Source: Actinomycetota bacterium
GTDB taxonomy: Bacteria > Actinomycetota > Acidimicrobiia > Acidimicrobiales > Poriferisodalaceae
DNA length: 64,000 nt
Direction: 5' to 3'
Assembly: GCA_039197885.1 (NCBI GenBank)
Contig: JBCCTY010000001.1
Coordinates: 1,088-65,087 of the forward strand
Below the pieces are notes generated by a model. It had not been told where the DNA came from. It made no database searches and saw nothing but the letters and a program-made list of their open reading frames with translations. Positions 44,860 to 51,170 of the stretch are shown one piece after another. How positions within the stretch are numbered: the stretch's first letter is position 1; each line of letters opens with the position of its first letter. Both the position numbers and the translations under genes were made by a program.

Positions 44860-45380
44860 GCCGCCCCCTCGGGCTGCGGGCGGAGCTTGTCGAGCACCGA
44901 CCAGTGCACCTTCGGCACCTCGGCGCAGGGCTGCTCGGTGAGGGCGAGGCCGATCTGGCGGAGCCACAGGGCGTCGGCCACGTTGTCGTCCTGGCCGTCG
45001 TAGCCGAGGCGGTCGCGAGCGGCGATGACCATGGCGACCTTGTCGACGTTGCCCTTGCCGGTGGCGTACTTCTTCAGCTGGGTCGGGGCGACATCGAGCC
45101 ACTCGATGCCGGCGAGCATCAGGGTGTGGCGGATAACGCCGTGCAGTGATCCGAGGCGAGCACCGTTGAACCGGGAGGCGTGCGACGGTGCCTCGATCAC
45201 CACGAGCGCATCGGCCGGCGCCTCGTAGCGCACAGCCTTCGCGATGATGTCGGCGCGTCGCACGTCGTCATCGGTCTTGCTGGTCGGCTGGATCGCCCAC
45301 GTGTCGGCGAAGGCGATCGCCGTGGCCGTGTAGCTCGGGTCGACCCCGATCACGGGCCTGGCGGCCATCGGGCGGGTCAT
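44856..45380 (-). CDS. RuvC-like Holliday junction resolvase
   Basis: IGVDPS, VVIEAP and NVADAL acidic-residue pattern. 174 aa. Confidence 0.65.
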   Translation of the reverse strand: MTRPMAARPVIGVDPSYTATAIAFADTWAIQPTSKTDDDVRRADIIAKAVRYEAPADALVVIEAPSHASRFNGARLGSLHGVIRHTLMLAGIEWLDVAPTQLKKYATGKGNVDKVAMVIAARDRLGYDGQDDNVADALWLRQIGLALTEQPCAEVPKVHWSVLDKLRPQPEGAA

Positions 45381-46711
45381 GCTGCTTCCTCTCGGTCGTC
45401 GTGCACGGTGAGCAGGAGCGGTCCGACTCGTTCGGCGGCGAGGTCGGCGTTGCGGCGGTCGAGGTCGATGCCGACGGCGTAGCGGCCGTGTCCGGTGGCG
45501 ACGGCGAGGGTGGTGCCGCTGCCGGCGAAGGGGTCGAGCACGATCCCGGGCCGGTACTGACCATCGGCGTCGGTGTCGGTCCAGCCGAGGGTTTCGGTGA
45601 TAGCCGTACGCGACGAGTCCGAGCCGATGGGCCGTGTGCTGTTGCCCGTTTTCATCCTCGCCTCGGTGAGCGATCCGCCAGGCTTCCCACCTGACTGATA
45701 GCGAGTCGCCACCACGTCACCCCGCCGGTTCATGTAGGTCGGTTCTCCCACGATCCGCCGTCGCCCTTCACCGGTGGCGATCGACACCTCGGTCGGGCAC
45801 ATGGACAGGATCGGGCGGCGGCAGAGCTCGCGGGGCCAGGTGGCGTAGTGGCTGCCCTTGTACGGCTCGGTGCTGATCTCCCACCAGTCGAGAGGTGGGG
45901 CGCTGGTGATCTCACCGATCGTGTCGAGCGTGTCGAAGTTGCCGTCGTGCTGCTCGGCTCGCTTGCCGGTGGTCTTCCGACGCTCGACACCCTTCGCCGT
46001 GCGAGAGTTGGTCTTCGGCGAGGGTGGCTGGCGCACGGCGTCGAGGTCGAACCACCGCTTCTCGTCGCGACAGGCGACCACGAGGTCCGACGTGGCGGGC
46101 CGGTACTTGTCGCCGAGCGAGCCGACCGGGGGGTTGGGTCGTGCCCAGGTGACGACGTTGCGGACCCGCCAGCGGCCGGCCGGTGACTCGGCACCGGTGA
46201 GCGGGTTGATGCCGTAGGCCAGGGCGATGCGGTAGAGCTCGGGAATCAGGGTCTTGCACTTCGCCAGGGGCCATCCCTCGTTGCGACCAGATCGCGCCGG
46301 CCGACCTCCATCCGTGATCCCGGCTTCGATGCGCTTGCGAGCCGAGCCAGACCACTGCGCCTGCGCCTCGCGCATCCCACCCTCGGCGTAGTCCCCACCA
46401 GCACCGCCGCTGCCGGAGTAGGTGTCACCGAGCTCGACCGCGAGCGAGCCCTCCGGGGAGAGCAGGTCGGCGCAGGCGGCGGTCCAGTCGAGCAGGGCGT
46501 CGAGGAACGCGGCCGGGGTGGGCTCGCTGCCCATCTCCAGGTCCTTGGCCGGGTCGTCGTCGGGGAGGTAGGAGCGGAGCGCGAGGAACGGCGGCGAAGT
46601 GAGGATCAGGTGCGCCTGCTGCGGACCCCACGGGGTTGGGATCCCACCGTTGGTGGCCCAGCGGCGCATGACGGCCCGGCTGTCGCCGATGTGGAAGTCG
46701 GCGGTGCTCAC
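45377..46711 (-). CDS. beta-class N6-adenine/N4-cytosine DNA methyltransferase
   Basis: Motif IV TSPPF near the N-terminus and motif I VLDPFAGSGTT near the C-terminus. GTG 46711 overlaps the upstream stop. Confidence 0.8.
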   Translation of the reverse strand: MSTADFHIGDSRAVMRRWATNGGIPTPWGPQQAHLILTSPPFLALRSYLPDDDPAKDLEMGSEPTPAAFLDALLDWTAACADLLSPEGSLAVELGDTYSGSGGAGGDYAEGGMREAQAQWSGSARKRIEAGITDGGRPARSGRNEGWPLAKCKTLIPELYRIALAYGINPLTGAESPAGRWRVRNVVTWARPNPPVGSLGDKYRPATSDLVVACRDEKRWFDLDAVRQPPSPKTNSRTAKGVERRKTTGKRAEQHDGNFDTLDTIGEITSAPPLDWWEISTEPYKGSHYATWPRELCRRPILSMCPTEVSIATGEGRRRIVGEPTYMNRRGDVVATRYQSGGKPGGSLTEARMKTGNSTRPIGSDSSRTAITETLGWTDTDADGQYRPGIVLDPFAGSGTTLAVATGHGRYAVGIDLDRRNADLAAERVGPLLLTVHDDREEAA

Positions 46712-46920
46712 GCCTCGTACCTCGTGCGGTAGGGCTCGGGGTCGCGTTTGGTGAACTGGCGGCGGTAGGGCACGCCGGGCTGGTCGCAACACCAGCACGT
46801 GCCGTGGGGCTGGGTGTCCCACCAGCTGGTGCCACCGTCGATGGGGCACTGCAGATGCACCCGACCGGACGGTCGGGGTTCGAGTACGGGAGATGGCGCC
46901 GCGGCGGGGAGACGGATCAT
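46708..46920 (-). CDS. small Cys/Trp-rich hypothetical protein
   Basis: 70 aa from ATG 46920 (ATGA overlap). Contains CPIDGG...HGTCWCC. Confidence 0.45.
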   Translation of the reverse strand: MIRLPAAAPSPVLEPRPSGRVHLQCPIDGGTSWWDTQPHGTCWCCDQPGVPYRRQFTKRDPEPYRTRYEA

Positions 46921-47927
46921 GACGGCATCTCGTCCCAGGTGCGGCCGTCGAGCTGCCGGCCGGCGGTCTTCTTGCCGACCCTGCTCATGATCGTCGACCG
47001 ACCGTCCCCCACATCGACCGGTTCGACGCGTCGGCCGTGCCAGCCGCCGGAACGCCACTCGCCCCACTGCTTGAAGAAGAACGCCGGGCGCTGAGCGAGC
47101 TCGACGGTGACGCCGTCGGGCAGGTCGCCGGCCGCAGCGGCTTCATCGCCGAGGCGTTCGATGCTGTGCCGGCACCCGTCCTCCGCAGGCGGGTGGCACC
47201 GGTTGCGGAGGTCGCGCACCCAGTCGGGGTGCATCGGCCGGGCCTGCGGTCCGGACTCGCCGCCGACGATGAGCCAGTCGATCCCGGTGAGGTCGAGCGA
47301 CGGGAGCGGCCCGAGCAGGGGCTCGGCGCTGATGAAACGGACAGCGGCCGGAGTGCGGCGGAGGTGGTCGGCCCGGAACGCGTACCGGTCGGACTCGATG
47401 CTGGTGCCGAGCCACACGTTCGGGATGAGCATGCCGTCCGACATGCCGCCCGGGAGGACGGGGAAACCTCGCTCCATCCGACGCCGGTTCACGTGCATCC
47501 AGAACGCCGGGTCGGTGAGGATCTGCGCCATCCGCTGCGGGCGCTTTGTCAGCACCTGGAACTGGTGGTCGGACGCGATCGACATGACCACGAACACCTC
47601 GGCCACGAACGCGACGCCGTCGGTGCCGTGCTGCTCCACGATCTCCCGTGAGAACAGGTCGCTCATGCTGTTCACGAACACCCGGCGCGGCTTCCGCCAC
47701 CGGAGGGGCTGGTCGAGCCGGTCCGGGTGGAGACGGATCTCGCCGGTGAAGCGAGCGGGCTCGCCTTCGGGGCGCACGGCGAGCCCTTCGTAGGCCGGGT
47801 GGTGGGAAAGCCGGCCGGCGGCTTCGCGGGCGGCGTAGCAGCGATCGCAGCCGGGGCTGACGTGGGCGCACCCGGTCAACGGGTTCCAGGTGACGTCGGT
47901 CCACTCGATGCCGGTCTTGCCGCTCAT
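46917..47927 (-). CDS. phage Gp37/Gp68 family protein (DUF5131)
   Basis: N-terminus TGIEWTDVTWNPLTGCAHVSPGCDRCYA is the family hallmark. Confidence 0.8.
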   Translation of the reverse strand: MSGKTGIEWTDVTWNPLTGCAHVSPGCDRCYAAREAAGRLSHHPAYEGLAVRPEGEPARFTGEIRLHPDRLDQPLRWRKPRRVFVNSMSDLFSREIVEQHGTDGVAFVAEVFVVMSIASDHQFQVLTKRPQRMAQILTDPAFWMHVNRRRMERGFPVLPGGMSDGMLIPNVWLGTSIESDRYAFRADHLRRTPAAVRFISAEPLLGPLPSLDLTGIDWLIVGGESGPQARPMHPDWVRDLRNRCHPPAEDGCRHSIERLGDEAAAAGDLPDGVTVELAQRPAFFFKQWGEWRSGGWHGRRVEPVDVGDGRSTIMSRVGKKTAGRQLDGRTWDEMPS

Positions 47928-47949
47928 CGCTCGTCTCCGAACCGGCGGG

Positions 47950-48294
47950 TCATGCGTCGGCCCCGTCGAGGATGCGGCGGAGGCGGCGTTCGGCTCCGGG
48001 CAGGTGCAGCTCGTGAGCCATCGCCTGCACCGCTGCGATCACGGCCCGGGCGTCGTCACGCTCCCGGCGCATGGCTGCTCGCTCTGCCCGCATCTCCTCT
48101 CGGCGCACGTCGGCGGTATGGCGCTCGGCGGTCAGCTCGGCGACGCGGGCGGCGGCCAACGTGCACGTCTTGACCCGATGGGTTGCCCGGCCACTTGTCG
48201 CGACCTCGTACAGCCCCTCGATCAGCTCGTCGTCCGCGGTCATGGCGGACACCTGCTTGCGCAACATCTCCGTGGCGCGCTCGTCGGAGTTCAT
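47950..48294 (-). CDS. hypothetical coiled-coil protein
   Basis: 114-aa ORF with an Arg/Glu/Ala-rich central helix. Confidence 0.5.
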   Translation of the reverse strand: MNSDERATEMLRKQVSAMTADDELIEGLYEVATSGRATHRVKTCTLAAARVAELTAERHTADVRREEMRAERAAMRRERDDARAVIAAVQAMAHELHLPGAERRLRRILDGADA

Positions 48295-48890
48295 CCCGCC
48301 TCCCCGTTCACCTCGATGTCGAACGGGTCGCCGTCGGGGAGCGGCACGAGCCCGGGCACTGGCGTGTCGGGGTCGCTGCGGTCGATGACGATGGGGGCCC
48401 AGCCGTCGGCGGCGAGATGGTCGTAGTCGACGATGTCGATGTCGGTGCCGATCTGGGTGGAGCTGTCGGGGTGCACCCAGACGGTGACCTCGTCGAGCTC
48501 GTAGCTCCCGCCGACGGGGCCGGGCAGGTCAGGGGTGCGCCACTCGATGCCGTGCTCGACGACGACCGGGGTCGCTCCGGGCACGTCGGGCAGATCGGCG
48601 GGGATCTCGGCGGGGCCGACCTCGAGACCGCCGTCGGACACGCCGTGTTGGCCGCCGCCCTCGGAGCCGGGGGTAGGAGTGTCCGGCTCCGAGGGGGCGT
48701 CACCTGCGGTGCTCGACTCCGCAGGCGGTTGGGTGGCCGGCCCCGCCAGGGGGCGCGAGGCCGGCCGTGGCTCGGGGCTCGCCAGAGGCGTGGCCACCGA
48801 GACGATCGTGGGATCGAGGCGGAGGTGACGGGCGTGCTCGGCGGCATCGAAGCCGTCGAGGGCCAGGGCGATGATCGCTGCGCGAATCAC
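48291..48890 (-). CDS. hypothetical protein with Pro-rich linker
   Basis: 199-aa ORF with 4-nt overlaps on both sides. Confidence 0.5.
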   Translation of the reverse strand: MIRAAIIALALDGFDAAEHARHLRLDPTIVSVATPLASPEPRPASRPLAGPATQPPAESSTAGDAPSEPDTPTPGSEGGGQHGVSDGGLEVGPAEIPADLPDVPGATPVVVEHGIEWRTPDLPGPVGGSYELDEVTVWVHPDSSTQIGTDIDIVDYDHLAADGWAPIVIDRSDPDTPVPGLVPLPDGDPFDIEVNGEAG

Positions 48891-49141
48891 GACGCCTCCT
48901 CGGCGGCGACGAACAGGATCCCGTCGTCGGGGTCACGGTCGAGGTCGATGAAGATCGCGACCCACTGGTCGTCAGACAGCTGGATGGCTGCCGTGATGAA
49001 CAGCACCCGACCGTCCTCGTGTCGTCCGGTAGCCGCTGTGCACGCGCCGCCGAACTTCTCGCACGTCTCGCGCAACCGGTCGAGCGAAGCCTCGACATGG
49101 GCCGGCAGGTCGTCGTCGGTGAGGGGGTTCCAGTTGGACAT
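48887..49141 (-). CDS. hypothetical acidic protein
   Basis: 84-aa ORF with an AGGAG RBS just after the hairpin. Confidence 0.5.
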   Translation of the reverse strand: MSNWNPLTDDDLPAHVEASLDRLRETCEKFGGACTAATGRHEDGRVLFITAAIQLSDDQWVAIFIDLDRDPDDGILFVAAEEAS

Positions 49142-49158
49142 CTAGGCTCCTGGTGTCG

Positions 49159-49197
49159 GAGCCCCCGGTCCTCGTCTGCCAGGACGGCCGGGGGCTC
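49159..49197 (-). terminator. strong stem-loop (10-bp perfect arms GAGCCCCCGG/CCGGGGGCTC) inside the early operon
   Basis: Arms at 49159-68 and 49188-97, with an inner TCCT/AGGA extension. No U-tract follows on the minus strand. Confidence 0.4.
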
Positions 49198-49203
49198 TGG
49201 TGT

Positions 49204-49305
49204 TCAGCGGGTGATGCGGACGCGGGCGTCGGCGAGCAGGTGCGCCCAGGCAAGGGCGACGAAGGGCGCCGGGATCAGCAGCAGGTGCAGGGGGCGCTCG
49301 GTCAT
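49204..49305 (-). CDS. 33-aa hydrophobic micro-protein
   Basis: MTERPLHLLLIPAPFVALAWAHLL... with an ATGA overlap to the upstream ORF. Confidence 0.35.
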   Translation of the reverse strand: MTERPLHLLLIPAPFVALAWAHLLADARVRITR

Positions 49306-49469
49306 CGGCGACCCTTCACGGTGATGACGTGGGTGCCGTTGGGGTACGTCTGGACGCTCGCCTGATAGCAGGTGCCGGCGCAGACCAGGACGTAGTCGTC
49401 CTCGATGTCGATCGACTGCACGTCCTCGATGTCGTCGAGGTCCATGCTCGTGACGCGAACCGCCATCAC
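49302..49469 (-). CDS. 55-aa hypothetical protein (not in ORF track)
   Basis: Hand translation (V)MAVRVTSMDLDDIEDVQSIDIEDDYVLVCAGTCYQASVQTYPNGTHVITVKGRR. High GC3 and coupled at both ends. Confidence 0.45.
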   Translation of the reverse strand: MMAVRVTSMDLDDIEDVQSIDIEDDYVLVCAGTCYQASVQTYPNGTHVITVKGRR

Positions 49470-49612
49470 GCACCCGCCTTCGCTCGGTCGAACTCGGCGT
49501 CCGGGCAGGTGCCACGGCCGAGCGTGTCGACGTGAGCGGCGAGCGCCGGGCTCATCGGCTGCCGGCGGCCGTGGTTGTCGGTGAGGTGACGGAGGATCCG
49601 GCGGCGCTTCAT
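49466..49612 (-). CDS. 48-aa basic hypothetical protein
   Basis: MKRRRILRHLTDNHG... with an ATGA overlap at 49609-12. Confidence 0.4.
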   Translation of the reverse strand: MKRRRILRHLTDNHGRRQPMSPALAAHVDTLGRGTCPDAEFDRAKAGA

Positions 49613-49857
49613 GGCGTGACCTCGTCCGGGTCGGCGACGTAGTTCTCGGGGGCGGGGACGCAGAGCCAGAAGGCGAGGAACCCGAGGAGGATCCAGCACG
49701 CGATCCAGGCGATGGCGACCCAGGCCCACGGGATGAACGCGACGGGGGTGAACCCGATGAGGCCGTAGGCGGCGAGCACGCCGAGGCGAAGCATGGCGCC
49801 CTGGCGGTCGACCTCTTCGGTGTAGGCGTCGGGGATGCGGTCGGGATGGACGGTCAT
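49609..49857 (-). CDS. 82-aa membrane protein (two Trp-rich TM segments)
   Basis: Hydrophobic segments LGVLAAYGLIGFTPVAFIPWAWVAIAWIACWILLGFLAFWL. Confidence 0.5.
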   Translation of the reverse strand: MTVHPDRIPDAYTEEVDRQGAMLRLGVLAAYGLIGFTPVAFIPWAWVAIAWIACWILLGFLAFWLCVPAPENYVADPDEVTP

Positions 49858-50000
49858 GCCGCACCGTCCCGACGGCCTTGGTCGATAACTCGGTCGGGCC
49901 AGCCGTGATGATCGGTGACCCGACCGCATCGGCATCGGCCGTCGACGGTGAGGCGCTGCCCGCATGTGAGGCAGGTGATGGAGGCTCGGACCGCGGTCAC
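49854..50000 (-). CDS. 48-aa zinc-ribbon-like protein (not in ORF track)
   Basis: Hand translation (V)TAVRASITCLTCGQRLTVDGRCRCGRVTDHHGW..., giving CxxC...CxC. GTGA and ATGA coupling at its two ends. Confidence 0.45.
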   Translation of the reverse strand: MTAVRASITCLTCGQRLTVDGRCRCGRVTDHHGWPDRVIDQGRRDGAA

Positions 50001-50263
50001 GATGCGCCTCCGGCGAGTTCGCCGAGGTAGGCCTCGATGGCGGCGATCCCGACCCGGGCTTCGATGCTGGCCTGCGCGACGGTGGAAACTCGGACCATGC
50101 CCGTGGCCATGCGGAACTGACGGACCAGCTCGATGTAGTGGGCGGTGCTGATGGGGAGGTGCGCCCGGTGGCGGGCCTCGATCTCGGCCATCTCCCGCTT
50201 GATCTCGGCGAGTTCCTTGACCCAGAACTGGCGGTAGCGTTTCGCGTCATCGAGCTCGGTCAC
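49997..50263 (-). CDS. 88-aa helical hypothetical protein
   Basis: GTG 50263 (GTGA overlap). Begins TELDDAKRYRQFWVKELAEIKREMAEIEARH. Confidence 0.45.
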   Translation of the reverse strand: MTELDDAKRYRQFWVKELAEIKREMAEIEARHRAHLPISTAHYIELVRQFRMATGMVRVSTVAQASIEARVGIAAIEAYLGELAGGAS

Positions 50264-50493
50264 GGGAGGGTCACCATCCCGGCCGCGTTGAGGCCGTAGA
50301 AGATGGCGCCCATGCCGACGGTTCCGCCGGCGAGGCGGGTGATGAGCCCTCCGCCGAGGTGTGCGCCGATGAAGAACGCTCCGGCGGCCAGAGCGGCGAA
50401 GAGGCCGAGCTGCTCCTGGTAGCTGGTGACGAGCACCGCGGCGAGCAGGAGGAGGCCGATGGTGACGGCCATGAACATCGAGTCGGGCTTCAT
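50260..50493 (-). CDS. 77-aa Gly/Ala-rich membrane protein
   Basis: Hydrophobic segments FMAVTIGLLLLAAVLV and GLFAALAAGAFFIGAHLGGG. ATGA overlap with the HTH gene stop. Confidence 0.5.
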   Translation of the reverse strand: MKPDSMFMAVTIGLLLLAAVLVTSYQEQLGLFAALAAGAFFIGAHLGGGLITRLAGGTVGMGAIFYGLNAAGMVTLP

Positions 50494-50690
50494 GCCGCAC
50501 CACCAGCCGGGTGGGCCTCGCGCGAGGTGCTCTGCTCGAGCGCCTCGACGTCGCTGATGCGGATTCGGTACTGGCCGCCCGGCAGACGGAAGTAGGGGAG
50601 AGTGCCCGCCTTCATCCAACGGGTGACCGTGTCCCGGTGCACCCGCAGCCGCTCGGCCACCTCGTTGATCGAGAGGGTGTTCTGCGTCAT
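50490..50690 (-). CDS. excisionase/MerR-type HTH protein (Xis or Cro-like early regulator)
   Basis: LSINEVAERLRVHRDTVTRWMKAGTLPYFRLPGGQYRIRISDVE. ATG 50690 after GGGAG. Confidence 0.7.
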   Translation of the reverse strand: MTQNTLSINEVAERLRVHRDTVTRWMKAGTLPYFRLPGGQYRIRISDVEALEQSTSREAHPAGGAA

Positions 50691-50700
50691 GGCTCCCATC

Positions 50701-50770
50701 GTTGCCACGCCATGCTGCAAATGTCAACACGATGCCGCAACAGTCGGAGAAGGGTGGCAATTGCGGGCAT
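50701..50770. promoter_or_regulatory. immunity-region operator-like repeats (TTGCRGCAT x3; GTTGCCAC/GTGGCAA inverted repeat)
   Basis: ATGCTGCAA at 50712-20, ATGCCGCAA at 50732-40, TTGCGGGCAT at 50761-70. A minus-strand TTGACA lies at 50727-22. Confidence 0.45.
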
Positions 50771-50784
50771 CGTCCCGTAACGTC

Positions 50785-51045
50785 ATGCATATGAGCGCAG
50801 GGAGTGACGTACTAGAGGCGATGAAGCGGCTGAGTGGTCACACGGATGTGTCCATCTCGGAGGCGACGGGCATCCATCGCGACCGACTTCAGCGAATCCG
50901 GCGCGGACGGAGCTCCGTGACAGCCGACGACATCGTCGTCCTGTCCGAGTTCTTCAACGTCGAGCCTGCGAGCTTCTTCATGCAGGTAGAGGAGGCCGTG
51001 GGCCACTTCATGGAGAGGAACCAGGTGATCAGCGCATCTAGATGA
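50785..51045 (+). CDS. XRE/cI-like HTH repressor
   Basis: SISEATGIHRDRLQRIRRGRSSVTADDIVVLSEFFNV. Alternative starts at 50791 and 50821. Confidence 0.7.
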   Translation: MHMSAGSDVLEAMKRLSGHTDVSISEATGIHRDRLQRIRRGRSSVTADDIVVLSEFFNVEPASFFMQVEEAVGHFMERNQVISASR

Positions 51046-51170
51046 ACTGCGCGTTCGACACGGGGGCGAGGCTACCGGCGGCATCCGCCGCGGCGGGGGA
51101 GCAGGAGCTCGGATCGGCGGTGTCGGAAGGGGCCCGGATCCGGGTCGTGGCGCCCGGTACGCTCCGGTTC

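Larger units (their letters stand above)
7135..51170. mobile_element. integrated siphovirus-type prophage (~44 kb); boundaries approximate
   Basis: Integrase at the left end and an immunity pair at the right end. Complete lysis, tail, head, packaging, replication and early modules lie between host ettA and kgd. Confidence 0.85.

Noticed and set aside
46871-46890. GGTTCGAGT T-loop-like string
   Set aside because: It has no complementary stem arms and lies inside the coding sequence of a 70-aa ORF. Most likely chance.
40835-47927. Restriction endonuclease partner for either methyltransferase (a complete R-M system)
   Set aside because: No ORF of suitable size with nuclease motifs lies adjacent to either methyltransferase. 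The PD-(D/E)XK protein at 43670-44491 sits in a recombination context, and the HNH at 37321 sits in a packaging context.
50722-50727. Perfect TTGACA (minus strand) as the early promoter -35
   Set aside because: No acceptable -10 hexamer lies 16-18 nt downstream, so it cannot be called a promoter from sequence alone. It is mentioned within the immunity-switch finding.
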